A stretch of 64,000 nt of DNA from Flavobacteriales bacterium (GTDB taxonomy: Bacteria > Bacteroidota > Bacteroidia > Flavobacteriales_D > Sanyastnellaceae). The notes beneath the pieces were generated by a model. It saw only the letters and a program-made list of their open reading frames with translations. It searched no databases and was not told the origin of the DNA. The position numbers were made by a program, and so were the translations under genes. Each line of letters begins with the position of its first letter. Position 1 is the stretch's first letter. Positions 18,681 through 28,945 of this stretch are shown here, one piece after another. The stretch lies in contig JAIXWP010000103.1 of assembly GCA_027491215.1 (NCBI GenBank), positions 10,354 to 74,353 of the forward strand. Reading direction: 5' to 3'.

Positions 18681-20174
18681 ATGTTGTTTTCCTTAACAGA
18701 CGAAAGAGACTTACGAGAAAGAGGCCTTACCAGTGCAGAGTTGATGAATACGATTTATCGTTTTACTCATCAAACTCAGCCTGTTCATTTGGACAGACCA
18801 TGCACAACAGGAGATGGTATAACGATTCTAAAAGCGTCTGAAGCCAATCACTACCTCTCTATTTTCGAAACGGAGAGTCAAAAGAAAACGATCATGAAGT
18901 TTGTGCCGGCTTCGGGCGCGGCATCAAGGATGTTCAAACACATCTACCAATATCATCCTGAAAATATCGATCAACTCACGGAAGAGTTTATCATCAACCT
19001 TGATCTCTTTCCATTTTTCAATCTACTCAAAGAAGAATTTTCCAAAGAAGATATTTCTCTTTCTACATTGATGGATGAAAACAACTGGGAAAGTATTTTC
19101 AAAAGAATATTATATACTCCTGGATTAAACTACAGTATTTATCCAAAAGGTTTGATTCCATTTCATCGCTATCCAAATGGTGAAATACTCACTGCATTTG
19201 AAGAGCATATTCGTGAGTCCATAGACTATGGCCGTGAAGCAGATGGCACTTGTCGTCTTCATTTTACGCTGGCTCCGCATCAAGTGGATCTTGTAATTTC
19301 TTTTTTGGAAAAAACAGTGCAAGCCTTCCCTTATGAAAAGTTTATCTTTCACCATAGTATTCAAGAGGCTTCTACTGATACCCCGGCAATAGATAAAAAT
19401 AATGAAATAGTGCGTGATAAGGAAGGAAAGATCATCTTCCGCCCTGCTGGTCACGGCGCTTTGATATATAATCTTCAAGAGATCAATGAGGATATTATCT
19501 TCATTAAAAACATTGACAACGTTACCACTAGAGATCAAAAAAACGAATCTCTTTTTTATAAAAAAGTTCTTGCTGGTCTACTTCTAGATTTAAAAAATCA
19601 AGCCGATCAAATTCTACTTGACATAGAAAACGACGTTGCCACATCTATAGTCAGAGGGCTTCAATTTATTGGGCAATGGTTCAACTCTGATGTTTCATAT
19701 GATATGATGCCCGATCAAGCTCGCCAATACATTCAACTCCAGCTAGACCGTCCTATGAGGGTTTGTGGCATGGTTAAAAATGAAGGAGAGCCCGGCGGTG
19801 GACCATTCTGGGTAAAACTCTCTGATGGTTTCACAAGCAAACAAATCGTAGAAAAAAGCCAGATCGATCATCATGATTTGAAACAAATGAAGATCCTTTC
19901 AGAGTCCACGCACTTTAATCCAGTAGATATTGTTTGTTCTATTAAAAATAGAAAAGGAGAGAAATATTCATTGGTAGATTTCATTGATCATAGCGCGGGT
20001 TTCATCTCTGAGAAATTCCAAGATGGAAAAGTGATCAAAGCTTTAGAATTACCAGGACTATGGAATGGTTCAATGGCGCTTTGGAACACCGTTTTTGTGG
20101 AAGTACCTAATTCTACTTTCAATCCAGTAAAAACAGTAAACGATCTTCTTAGACCCGGACATCAAGTCCTTTAA
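18681..20174 (+). CDS. DUF4301-family protein (function unknown; possible nucleotidyltransferase-like fold)
   Basis: The ORF runs 18654-20174. I prefer the ATG at 18681 (MLFSLTDERDL). The conserved block KFVPASGAASRMFK and the later RPAGHGAL match what I remember of Bacteroidota DUF4301 proteins of about 500 aa. Confidence 0.6.
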   Translation: MLFSLTDERDLRERGLTSAELMNTIYRFTHQTQPVHLDRPCTTGDGITILKASEANHYLSIFETESQKKTIMKFVPASGAASRMFKHIYQYHPENIDQLTEEFIINLDLFPFFNLLKEEFSKEDISLSTLMDENNWESIFKRILYTPGLNYSIYPKGLIPFHRYPNGEILTAFEEHIRESIDYGREADGTCRLHFTLAPHQVDLVISFLEKTVQAFPYEKFIFHHSIQEASTDTPAIDKNNEIVRDKEGKIIFRPAGHGALIYNLQEINEDIIFIKNIDNVTTRDQKNESLFYKKVLAGLLLDLKNQADQILLDIENDVATSIVRGLQFIGQWFNSDVSYDMMPDQARQYIQLQLDRPMRVCGMVKNEGEPGGGPFWVKLSDGFTSKQIVEKSQIDHHDLKQMKILSESTHFNPVDIVCSIKNRKGEKYSLVDFIDHSAGFISEKFQDGKVIKALELPGLWNGSMALWNTVFVEVPNSTFNPVKTVNDLLRPGHQVL

Positions 20175-20787
20175 AATCTGCGACCTCTAGGTGTTTATTG
20201 CAGAAAAGGGTTTCTGTTTCTTCTTTATTTGATGCAACGCAGATGATTCTATTCGATGAAAATTCTTGTACCAAATTCTGATACCATAAAATTGCGTTTG
20301 CATCAAGATGTGATGATGGTTCGTCGAGCAATAAAATATTCGTATCACTCATAATTGCCAAGCCTAATTTCACACGCTGTTTCATTCCACTTGAATAAAA
20401 CTTCAAAGGCTTATCAATCTGAACTGAAAGCCCCATTTTTTCTGCAACTTCGAGAAGGCTAAGACCATCTCGAAAACTTTTAAATGAAGAGAAAAATTGA
20501 ATGTTTTCACGAAGTGTGAAATCTTCATACAAGGTCATATACGGTGTTGCAAGCGCTACGTGTTTGAACACGTCTTGAACTCCGATCATTTGATCATTTT
20601 CTTTCCAAATGATTTTGCCTTCAGAGGGTGTGAGATAACCACTCAAAATTTGCAGAAGTGTTGATTTGCCGCTTCCATTAGCGCCTAGAATAGCAACACG
20701 ATCGTTTTGCCCAAGGTTCAAAGACACTTTGCGGAAGATCCACTCCCGCTGAAATCTTTTACCAATATTGTCCAGCGATATTTCCAC
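20149..20787 (-). CDS. ABC transporter ATP-binding protein (no adjacent permease)
   Basis: 212 aa. Walker A GANGSGKST, signature YSSGMKQRVKLGLAI, Walker B LLLDEPSSHLD. It lies 9 nt downstream of lpxA on the same strand. Confidence 0.85.
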   Translation of the reverse strand: MEISLDNIGKRFQREWIFRKVSLNLGQNDRVAILGANGSGKSTLLQILSGYLTPSEGKIIWKENDQMIGVQDVFKHVALATPYMTLYEDFTLRENIQFFSSFKSFRDGLSLLEVAEKMGLSVQIDKPLKFYSSGMKQRVKLGLAIMSDTNILLLDEPSSHLDANAILWYQNLVQEFSSNRIICVASNKEETETLFCNKHLEVADFKGLDVRV

Positions 20788-20796
20788 GAATACGAA

Positions 20797-21576
20797 TTAA
20801 AGTCCTTGAGGACCACGAATAATACCTTTATCAGAAGTGCGAATAAATTCAAGGATAAACTCCTTCTCTTCTGTATTTGGTAATTCCATTTCGGCTGCAT
20901 GAATAGCTCGAGAAGTATTGCTATTGTGAACGTAAATCATTCGATATACATCCTCTATGTGAGCAATGGTCTCATTCGCAAATCCTCTTCTTCTCAGGCC
21001 AACTGTATTAACACCAGCAAAACTGAGTGGTTCACGTGCAGCCTTGATGTAAGGCGGAACATTCTTTCTAACCAAGCTACCTCCAGCGATGAAACAGTGT
21101 TGGCCAATTCTGATGAACTGTTGGATAGCAACTACCCCTTCAATCACCACCCAATCGTCAATGGTTACGTGACCTGCGATATTCGCCGAGTTTGCGATAA
21201 TACAATTATCACCGATGAATGCATCATGCGCTACGTGCACATACGCCATCAATAGACAATTCTTTCCAACCTTCGTTTTAAATCTGTCTTTTGTACCGCG
21301 ATTCAATGTGCAACATTCGCGAATGGTCGTGTTATCGCCTATTTCGGTAGTAGTGATTTCTCCATCAAACTTTAAATCTTGTGGCACCGCTGAGATTACT
21401 GCTCCAGGGAAAATTCTACAATTTCTACCAATTCGAGCGCCGTCCATAATGGTGACATTGGGGCCAATCCATGTACCATCGCCTATTTCTACATCACCTT
21501 CGATGGTTGTAAAAGCGCCGATTGTTACATTTTGTCCAATTTTCGCTCTTGGGTCGATCACATTCATTGCGCTCAT
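20797..21576 (-). CDS. lpxA: acyl-ACP--UDP-N-acetylglucosamine O-acyltransferase
   Basis: 259 aa. Continuous hexapeptide (left-handed beta-helix) repeats plus a C-terminal helical domain. It overlaps the lpxC/fabZ stop by 4 nt. Confidence 0.9.
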   Translation of the reverse strand: MSAMNVIDPRAKIGQNVTIGAFTTIEGDVEIGDGTWIGPNVTIMDGARIGRNCRIFPGAVISAVPQDLKFDGEITTTEIGDNTTIRECCTLNRGTKDRFKTKVGKNCLLMAYVHVAHDAFIGDNCIIANSANIAGHVTIDDWVVIEGVVAIQQFIRIGQHCFIAGGSLVRKNVPPYIKAAREPLSFAGVNTVGLRRRGFANETIAHIEDVYRMIYVHNSNTSRAIHAAEMELPNTEEKEFILEFIRTSDKGIIRGPQGL

Positions 21577-23006
21577 ACAGTTTGCGTAGCATTAGTTTCT
21601 GTAACAACTCTGTCTCTAACGACTTGAGCTAGCATGGTAGCCTCGCTCACTTCTTTTCCATTTACGTAGGCGATACCCTTCATATTAACCAAGCCTCTTC
21701 TGATTGGAGACTCAAGAGTAAGTTTGAAAATAATAGTATCACCCGGCATCACTTTTTGCTTGAATTTTACTCCATCAATTTTCATGAAGTAGGTGCTATA
21801 GTTTTCTGGATCTGGCACTTGAGAAAGAGCAAAGATTCCTCCTACCTGAGCCATCGCTTCTACTTGTAGAACACCTGGCATTACTGGATTACCGGGGAAG
21901 TGTCCCTGAAAGAATGGTTCGTTCATCGTCACATTCTTTAAACCAATAACACCATTAGCATCCATTTCTAGAATCTTGTCTACTAGCAAGAATGGGTAAC
22001 GGTGAGGAAGCATCTTCTCGATATCATTGATATCATATAGTGGCTTTTGGAAAATATCGAATTTTGGTGCTTCGTCCTTTTGCTTTTTAACTAGCTCTTT
22101 TAGAATCTTGGCAAACTCAACATTTCCGTGGTGACCTGGGCGTGCAGCGAGGATGTGACCTCTGATGAAACGACCAACTAACGCAAGGTCTCCCACTATA
22201 TCCAACAGTTTATGTCGTGCTGGTTCATTTTCATATTGAAGCTTAACAGTATTCAATACTCCAATACCTTCAACTTTTACTTCGAGGTCTTCTTTTCCAA
22301 GAAGCCTTAAAATATCCTTGATTTGATCTTCCGAATATGGCTGGTCTACCATTACGATAGCGTTGTCAAGACTTCCTCCTTTAATCAATCCATTCTTCGC
22401 AAGAACTTCCAATTCACGAAGGAAAACGAACGTTCTACAACGAGAAATTTCCTCAACAAAATGATTGAGTTGATACATATGAGCATGCTGAGTGCCCAAA
22501 ATGGGTGAGTTGTAATCAACCATTACAGTCAATCGAAACTCGCCACCGGTGGTTGGAACAGCTAGCATTTCCACTCCTTTCACACTATCTTCAAAGGTGA
22601 TATTCTCTGTCAAGGTCAGATATTGTCTTTCCGCATTCTGCTCCTCATATCCAACAGCTTCAATAGCCTGAACAAAAGGCCAAGCACTTCCATCCATGAT
22701 AGGAACTTCAGGTCCGTCTAATTGGATAAGTGCATTGTCAATCTTGCATCCATAGATGGCAGATAAAACGTGCTCAGTCGTGTAGACTCTCGCTCCATTT
22801 TGTTCCAAAGTAGTACCACGTTGGGTGCCCACTACCAAGTCCGGATCAGCTTTGATAATTGGCTGATCAGGCAGATCTATTCTTTGAAATCTGTACCCGA
22901 AGTTTTCTGGTGCAGGCAGAATAGAAAGATTCACAGGTGCCCCTGTATGCAAGCCTACACCTGTGAGGTGTACTGCTGATTTAATTGTTCGCTGCTTAGA
23001 ACTCAT
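21573..23006 (-). CDS. lpxC-fabZ: bifunctional UDP-3-O-acyl-GlcNAc deacetylase / 3-hydroxyacyl-ACP dehydratase
   Basis: 477 aa. The N-terminal LpxC half has TIKSAVHLTGVGLHTG and HHGNVEF. The C-terminal FabZ hot-dog half has LPHRYPFLLVDKI and FFQGHFPGNPVMPGV. This fusion is typical of Bacteroidota. Confidence 0.9.
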   Translation of the reverse strand: MSSKQRTIKSAVHLTGVGLHTGAPVNLSILPAPENFGYRFQRIDLPDQPIIKADPDLVVGTQRGTTLEQNGARVYTTEHVLSAIYGCKIDNALIQLDGPEVPIMDGSAWPFVQAIEAVGYEEQNAERQYLTLTENITFEDSVKGVEMLAVPTTGGEFRLTVMVDYNSPILGTQHAHMYQLNHFVEEISRCRTFVFLRELEVLAKNGLIKGGSLDNAIVMVDQPYSEDQIKDILRLLGKEDLEVKVEGIGVLNTVKLQYENEPARHKLLDIVGDLALVGRFIRGHILAARPGHHGNVEFAKILKELVKKQKDEAPKFDIFQKPLYDINDIEKMLPHRYPFLLVDKILEMDANGVIGLKNVTMNEPFFQGHFPGNPVMPGVLQVEAMAQVGGIFALSQVPDPENYSTYFMKIDGVKFKQKVMPGDTIIFKLTLESPIRRGLVNMKGIAYVNGKEVSEATMLAQVVRDRVVTETNATQTV

Positions 23007-23059
23007 GATGCGAAATTAATCTGATTGACTGCGAAAATAGGTCATTCGCTCAAACTACT

Positions 23060-23091
23060 AAAAAATAAAAATGCCCCCTCGAAAGGGGGCA
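23060..23091 (-). terminator. rho-independent terminator of the 23115-23786 beta-barrel gene
   Basis: 8-bp GC-rich stem TGCCCCCT/AGGGGGCA with a CGAA loop. On the minus strand it is followed by TTTTTATTTTT. Confidence 0.8.
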
Positions 23092-23114
23092 CTTTATGCA
23101 ATATCATATCAATC

Positions 23115-23786
23115 TTAGTTACCCAACATGTAGAATACACCTACAGAGATTACTTGATTAGAAATTTTATCGTCTGTCTCCAAGTCTGGATCAGCAAGGT
23201 TTGAAAGACCTTGAGTTAAACGAGCTTCAACACCAAATCCTGATTCTGTTTGGAAACCAAGACCCACATTGATACCGAAATCAGTACCATTGTAAAACTC
23301 TTTCACGTCCTCATCAAGTGATTCAGAAACAGTAGTAGTTCCTGTAGGACTTGTAGTAGTCGAAGTAAAGTCACCAGAGTAATTTGCACCCATCATCAAT
23401 CCAATATAAGGACCAGCCTTAACATGGAGCTTTTCTCCAATTCTAAATCCAATATTTACAGGAACTTCAATGTAGCTAGTCTTAATCTTTGCATCATATT
23501 CAGTTTTTGTAGTTGTGCCTAGAATATCAAAAGATGTAGTAGACTTATCAGCAGCTCCTTTGATAGAGAAATTCAATTCAGGTGCAAGGAAAAGTTTATC
23601 TCCAAGATCCAATTGAAGAGCAGCGCCGACATAAAATGAAGTAAGCATTGATGACTCTTCAACATCTCCAACTTGGTTCGCTAAGTTAAGACCAGCGCGA
23701 CCTCCGAAGTTTAATTGAGCAGAAGCTACAGTTGATGACATAACTGCAGCGGCAGCTACCATCATAGTAATAATTTGTTTTTTCAT
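23115..23786 (-). CDS. small outer-membrane beta-barrel (porin-family/OmpA-barrel-like) protein
   Basis: 223 aa. Signal peptide MKKQIITMMVAAAAVMSSTVASAQ. Alternating hydrophobic beta-strand pattern rich in Gly and aromatic residues, with a terminal strand VISVGVFYMLGN. Confidence 0.6.
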   Translation of the reverse strand: MKKQIITMMVAAAAVMSSTVASAQLNFGGRAGLNLANQVGDVEESSMLTSFYVGAALQLDLGDKLFLAPELNFSIKGAADKSTTSFDILGTTTKTEYDAKIKTSYIEVPVNIGFRIGEKLHVKAGPYIGLMMGANYSGDFTSTTTSPTGTTTVSESLDEDVKEFYNGTDFGINVGLGFQTESGFGVEARLTQGLSNLADPDLETDDKISNQVISVGVFYMLGN

Positions 23787-23883
23787 AAATGTACTTTAAG
23801 GTTTTATATGGCAATTATAGTCAAGAATTCTATTCAAACAAAAAATAAGGTAAATCCCGTAGAAATGAGGGCATGTAGGCCAA

Positions 23884-23891
23884 TACGTTTG
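23884..23891 (+). promoter_or_regulatory. Bacteroidota-type -7 promoter box (TAcgTTTG)
   Basis: Exact TAnnTTTG, 29 nt upstream of the ATG at 23921. Confidence 0.35.
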
Positions 23892-23920
23892 TCCCACAAA
23901 CATTTTAAAATTATAACCTC

Positions 23921-24469
23921 ATGAAAAAACTAGTTATTGCATTTGTTGCATTTTTGATGACCACCTGTGCAGTTGCGCAAGAATTTAGTGAAGGAAGCAA
24001 CAGACTTCATCTTGGAATTGGAGTTGGAAGTGCTTATGCTTACAGCGGGTCTACTTCTAGCATCCCTCCTATTCATGCCTCCTTCGAACACGGAATCACC
24101 GATAAAATTGGAGTCGGTGCTTTAGTAGGCTACACTGCCTCTACTTGGGAGCAGAGCTTTCTCTCAACTACCTATGAATGGAAGTTTACTTACTTGTTAG
24201 TGGGTGCACGTGGTGCTTATCACTTCAAGACAGATGATAAAATAGATTTGTATGGCGGTGCAATGCTTGGTTACAACATCGCCTCTGCAAAGTTTGAGTC
24301 TAATGATACTTCTCTTAATGCCTTCATCACTGAGCCTAAAGTAGGCGGGGTTGCAGTAGGTGCATTTGTGGGCGGTCGCTACAACTTCAATGAAAAAATC
24401 GGAATTTTTGGTGAGCTTGGATATAGCCTAGCATACTTAAGCGCTGGTCTTTGCTTTAACCTGAACTAA
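23921..24469 (+). CDS. small outer-membrane beta-barrel protein
   Basis: 182 aa. Signal peptide ending CAVAQ. Gly/Tyr/Ala-rich amphipathic strands (GVGALVGYT, GGAMLGYN, FGELGYSLAY). Confidence 0.55.
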   Translation: MKKLVIAFVAFLMTTCAVAQEFSEGSNRLHLGIGVGSAYAYSGSTSSIPPIHASFEHGITDKIGVGALVGYTASTWEQSFLSTTYEWKFTYLLVGARGAYHFKTDDKIDLYGGAMLGYNIASAKFESNDTSLNAFITEPKVGGVAVGAFVGGRYNFNEKIGIFGELGYSLAYLSAGLCFNLN

Positions 24470-24490
24470 GTCTTTAAGAAATATCACTAC

Positions 24491-24528
24491 AAAAAAAATC
24501 CCGATCAATTCTGATCGGGATTTTTTTA
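24491..24528. terminator. bidirectional rho-independent terminator between convergent beta-barrel genes
   Basis: 10-bp perfect stem ATCCCGATCA/TGATCGGGAT with an ATTC loop, flanked by A8 upstream and T7 downstream. Confidence 0.85.
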
Positions 24529-24542
24529 TTAAAATTTTTCGA

Positions 24543-25163
24543 TTAAAACTTAATCGCTAGACCGCCTTGGAAGAATGATCTCGCCATTCCTATTTCTGAG
24601 TAAATACCAATGTTCGGCGTGAAATAATATCTCGCACCCATGGTGCATTCCATTGCAAAAGGAATAGGGCTAATTGACTCTCCTTCTACTCTTTCCGGGT
24701 TGTTTGACTCATATTCCAACTTTCCCCACTTTGTTCCACCACCGAAACCAAAATAGATATCAAACTTTTCTGTTACTTCCCAGTGACGATTGAAACGCAA
24801 GCTGATTGCGTTGACCTTATAAGAATATGAATCCTCATATCTGTTTGTAGTAAATGTGCCTGTTTCATTTAACACTTCATAATCGTATGATTGCTTGAAA
24901 CCGATGTTTGATGTGAAGAAGTTAACTCCTAAACCCCATTTATCAGAAATAGCATATTCCAATTTTGCAAAGATTGGGTTGTGACCAGTTAGATCAATTT
25001 CAGCGCCTTCCTGCTCGATTGCTTTTAGGATTTGACGACCAAGCGTATTCGCTCCATAGCCTGCTGAAATGATTACATCGCCTTCTTGAAATGACTGAGC
25101 CTTCGATTCAATAGATGTGATGGATAGCGCAAAAGCAAGCGCTGCGAAAATGATTTTTTTCAT
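24543..25163 (-). CDS. small outer-membrane beta-barrel protein
   Basis: 206 aa. Signal peptide MKKIIFAALAFALSITSIESKAQ. Amphipathic strands, and a C-terminal ...GGLAIKF ending in Phe as in OMP beta-signals. Confidence 0.55.
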   Translation of the reverse strand: MKKIIFAALAFALSITSIESKAQSFQEGDVIISAGYGANTLGRQILKAIEQEGAEIDLTGHNPIFAKLEYAISDKWGLGVNFFTSNIGFKQSYDYEVLNETGTFTTNRYEDSYSYKVNAISLRFNRHWEVTEKFDIYFGFGGGTKWGKLEYESNNPERVEGESISPIPFAMECTMGARYYFTPNIGIYSEIGMARSFFQGGLAIKF

Positions 25164-25248
25164 GTGATTAAAGGTTGTGTTTAGATATTTAAATTACGAT
25201 TGGCGTTTTCCAATTACGATGCCAAAGTATAATAAAAAGTTAAATTCA

Positions 25249-25276
25249 CAAAAAAGCCCCGCATTGCGAGGCTTTT
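25249..25276 (-). terminator. rho-independent terminator of the aconitase gene
   Basis: The minus-strand transcript reads GCCUCGC-AAU-GCGGGGC (one G-U pair) followed by UUUUUU, 23 nt after the stop. Confidence 0.65.
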
Positions 25277-25298
25277 AAGTTTATTCTTTAAAGATGAA

Positions 25299-27575
25299 TT
25301 ATTTATTCAAACTCATTCTAATTAAATTCAAAGCACCGCCAGCCTTAAACCATTCGATTTGCTGAGCGTTGTAAGTGTGGTTCACTGCGATCACATCTTT
25401 TGAGCCATCCTCGTGAGCTAACTCAAGGTGTAACTGCTTATCCGAAGAGAATGAAGTTAAATCAGTGAAATTGATCATATCATTTTCCTGAATTTTATCA
25501 TAATCAGCCTCATTTGCAAATGTCAATGCGAGCATACCTTGCTTCTTCAAGTTGGTTTCGTGAATACGTGCAAACGATTTTACCAAGATGGCACGAACAC
25601 CCAAGTGACGTGGCTGCATTGCCGCGTGCTCACGTGAAGAACCTTCGCCGTAATTCGCGTCGCCGACAACAATTGTTGGAATACCTGCTGCCTTGTAAGC
25701 ACGCTGCGTTGCTGGAACTTCACCGTACTCACCAGTCAATTGATTCTTCACTTTGTTTTGCTCACCATTGAAGAAATTGATAGCACCAATCAAGGTGTTA
25801 TTTGCAATATTGTCCAAGTGACCTCTGTATCTCAACCATGGACCTGCCATTGAGATATGGTCCGTTGTGCACTTACCTTTTGCTTTGATCAACACACGAG
25901 CACCAGTAATATTCTGACCGTCCCAAGCTGGGAAAGCATCGAGCAATTGAAGACGCTCTGAAGCTGGGTCAACTGCGATTGTAACGCCGCTACCATCTTC
26001 CGCTGGACCTTGATATCCCGCATCCTCTGCATCAAAACCTCTTTTCGGAAGTTCATCTCCAGTTGGCGCATCTAGCTTCACCTGCTCACCTTTGTCATTT
26101 ACCAATGTATCTGTCATTGGATTGAAAGTAAGATCACCAGCGATTGCAAGAGCAGTCGTCAATTCTGGAGAGGCTACAAATGCAAGGGTATTTGGATTAC
26201 CGTCATTACGGCTTTGGAAGTTTCTATTGAATGAGTGAACGATGGTGTTGCGTTCTTTCTTTTCTGCACCTACACGTGCCCACATACCGATACATGGACC
26301 ACAAGCATTTGCGAAAACAGTAGCACCCATTTTATTGAAGATATCAATAAATCCATCGCGCTGAATAGTATATCGAACTACTTCAGAACCAGGGGTGATG
26401 CTAAACTCAGCCTTTGGCTTCAGACCTTTCTCATTAGCCTGATTTGCAAGAGATGCCGCACGTGCGATATCCTCGTAAGATGAGTTGGTACATGAACCAA
26501 TCAAACCCACTTCAACTTTGGTTGGCCAGTTGTTTTTCGCAGCCTCTTCTTTCATTTTGCTGATTGGCGTAGCCAAGTCTGGAGTGAAAGGGCCGTTCAA
26601 ATGTGGCTCAAGAGTATTGAGGTCGATCTCGATTACTTGATCAAAATATTTTTCTGGATTTGCATACACTTCATCGTCACCTGTTAGGTGAGCTTTGATA
26701 GCATTTGCCAAATCAGCAACTTCATTTCTACCAGTTGAGCGAAGGTAACGCTCCATACTTTCATCATATCCGAATGTTGATGTAGTAGCACCGATTTCTG
26801 CACCCATGTTGCAAATAGTGCCTTTACCTGTGCAGCTCAATGACTGAGCACCTTCACCAAAATATTCTACGATAGCACCTGTACCACCTTTTACAGTTAG
26901 AATACCAGCCACTTTCAAGATAACGTCTTTAGCAGAAGCCCAGCCGTTCAACTTTCCAGTCAATTTGATACCGATCAACTTTGGGAACTTCAATTCCCAA
27001 GCCATACCAGCCATTACGTCCATGGCGTCTGCACCACCAACACCAATCGCTACCATACCGAGACCACCAGCATTTACTGTGTGAGAATCAGTACCGATCA
27101 TCATTCCTCCTGGGAATGCATAATTTTCTAATACTACTTGGTGAATGATACCAGCGCCTGGCTTCCAGAAACCGATTCCATATTTATTTGAAATAGATGA
27201 AAGGAAATTGAATACTTCATTGTTCTTATTGATTGCCTCAGACAAGTCAGTACCCGCTCCTACTCTTGCTTGAATCAAGTGATCACAATGCACAGTTGAA
27301 GGAACAGCAACTTGCTTTCTACCTGCTTGCATGAATTGCAATAAAGCCATTTGTGCAGTTGCATCTTGCATCGCCACGCGGTCTGGAGCGAAGTCTACAT
27401 AAGACTTTCCTCTTTCAAATGCTTGGTCAGCATTTCCATTCCAAAGGTGGGTGTACAAAATTTTCTCTGAAAGAGTAAGTGGGCGACCCACTACCTTGCG
27501 AGCTGCTTCAACGCGCTCAGGGAAGCGGCTATATACCGCCTTGATCATGTCTAGATCAAATACTTTATTGCTCAT
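25299..27575 (-). CDS. acnA: aconitate hydratase (about 755-aa mitochondrial-like type)
   Basis: 758 aa. Fe-S ligand regions [14 protein letters not shown] and [11 protein letters not shown]-terminal swivel domain with [10 protein letters not shown]. Confidence 0.9.
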   Translation of the reverse strand: MSNKVFDLDMIKAVYSRFPERVEAARKVVGRPLTLSEKILYTHLWNGNADQAFERGKSYVDFAPDRVAMQDATAQMALLQFMQAGRKQVAVPSTVHCDHLIQARVGAGTDLSEAINKNNEVFNFLSSISNKYGIGFWKPGAGIIHQVVLENYAFPGGMMIGTDSHTVNAGGLGMVAIGVGGADAMDVMAGMAWELKFPKLIGIKLTGKLNGWASAKDVILKVAGILTVKGGTGAIVEYFGEGAQSLSCTGKGTICNMGAEIGATTSTFGYDESMERYLRSTGRNEVADLANAIKAHLTGDDEVYANPEKYFDQVIEIDLNTLEPHLNGPFTPDLATPISKMKEEAAKNNWPTKVEVGLIGSCTNSSYEDIARAASLANQANEKGLKPKAEFSITPGSEVVRYTIQRDGFIDIFNKMGATVFANACGPCIGMWARVGAEKKERNTIVHSFNRNFQSRNDGNPNTLAFVASPELTTALAIAGDLTFNPMTDTLVNDKGEQVKLDAPTGDELPKRGFDAEDAGYQGPAEDGSGVTIAVDPASERLQLLDAFPAWDGQNITGARVLIKAKGKCTTDHISMAGPWLRYRGHLDNIANNTLIGAINFFNGEQNKVKNQLTGEYGEVPATQRAYKAAGIPTIVVGDANYGEGSSREHAAMQPRHLGVRAILVKSFARIHETNLKKQGMLALTFANEADYDKIQENDMINFTDLTSFSSDKQLHLELAHEDGSKDVIAVNHTYNAQQIEWFKAGGALNLIRMSLNK

Positions 27576-27679
27576 GAATTGAATTTATCGGCTTGTTTAT
27601 AAAACAGTGCGAAAATAAGGCACAGAGCCATTCATCACAATTTTTTCATGAACCTGTTGATAGTTTCGATATTTGAAGC

Positions 27680-28927
27680 GTGGTAATACTGTCAGCATCC
27701 ATCAAGGAGAACATCCGCACGGCGTTTCGTGCTATTCGAAGCCAAATGCTTCGAACAGTCCTTACTGTGAGCATAATCGCCATAGGAATCATGGCGCTTG
27801 TAGGGATGATAACTGCAATTCAAGCGATTAAAAATAAGATCAGTGCTGAATTTACTCGCCTAGGTAGCAATACATTTACCATACGCTCAGGCAATAATAT
27901 GCGCGGCGGCAGACACGGAGAATCTGTGAAAGCATATGATGTCATCTCATACGATCAAGCAATGGCTTTTAGCGCAGAGTTTGAGGAAAAAGCGCTCACA
28001 AGTGTATCTGCCTTTGTAATGGGAACAGCAGTTTTGAAATATGACAATATCAAAACAAACCCCAATGTCTCTATTCTCGGCTGCGATGCGAATTACTTCA
28101 AATTGAGCTCTTACGAACTTCAAGAAGGCCGTTACTTTTCTCCAGCAGAAATGCAACTGGGAAGCAATGTCATCATTCTTGGAGCAGATATAGTGGCCAC
28201 ACTTTTTGAAAATATTTCCAATCCTGTTGGGCGTTACATAACAGTTGGAAACAATAAATATCTCGTTGTGGGAATCTTGAAATCGAAAGGAAATACCTTT
28301 GGATTTGCTGGAGATAATCAATGTACGATTCCTGTCAGTAATGCGAAGAAAAACTACGCAACTCCTGACACAGATTATTCAATCAACGTGCTTTCTAAGG
28401 ACGCAAAAGTTCTTGACCAAGTAGTAAGTGATGCTATTGGATTAATGAGAGTGATAAGACAAGACCGACCTCAGGATGAAGAGTCTTTCCAAATTAGAAT
28501 GAGCAACAGCCTCGTTGAAGAATTACTAGGACTTATTGCTGGGATAACATTTGGAGGTATTTGTATAGGCCTTATTACATTGCTCGGCGCAGGAATCGGA
28601 CTAATGAATATTATGCTTGTATCGGTAACAGAAAGAACACGCGAAATAGGTGTCCGTAAATCCATTGGTGCAAGCTCAAAAATTATCCGCCAGCAATTCT
28701 TAATTGAAGCCATTGTCATTGGACAAATTGGTGGAATTATCGGAATTATTCTGGGTATTTTAGTAGGAAATATTGTTTCAGTAGTAATCGGCACCAGCTT
28801 TACAATTCCATGGCTGTGGCTCTTTTTAGGTACCACCATCTGCTTCTTCGTAAGTATTGCCTCAGGATATTATCCAGCCAGAAAAGCCTCAAAACTTGAC
28901 CCAATAGAGTCACTTCGTTACGAATAA
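27680..28927 (+). CDS. ABC transporter permease (MacB-like, FtsX family)
   Basis: 415 aa with a GTG start. N-terminal TM helix, a large periplasmic MacB_PCD-like domain, and a C-terminal FtsX 3-TM bundle containing [15 protein letters not shown]. Confidence 0.8.
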   Translation: MVILSASIKENIRTAFRAIRSQMLRTVLTVSIIAIGIMALVGMITAIQAIKNKISAEFTRLGSNTFTIRSGNNMRGGRHGESVKAYDVISYDQAMAFSAEFEEKALTSVSAFVMGTAVLKYDNIKTNPNVSILGCDANYFKLSSYELQEGRYFSPAEMQLGSNVIILGADIVATLFENISNPVGRYITVGNNKYLVVGILKSKGNTFGFAGDNQCTIPVSNAKKNYATPDTDYSINVLSKDAKVLDQVVSDAIGLMRVIRQDRPQDEESFQIRMSNSLVEELLGLIAGITFGGICIGLITLLGAGIGLMNIMLVSVTERTREIGVRKSIGASSKIIRQQFLIEAIVIGQIGGIIGIILGILVGNIVSVVIGTSFTIPWLWLFLGTTICFFVSIASGYYPARKASKLDPIESLRYE

Positions 28928-28945
28928 TATCCGTAACATTGTGCC

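Noticed and set aside
20899-21589. Two plus-strand ORFs (118 and 124 aa) opposite lpxA.
   Set aside because: They are antisense to a hexapeptide-repeat gene. Repetitive codon usage keeps the opposite strand open, and there is no independent support.
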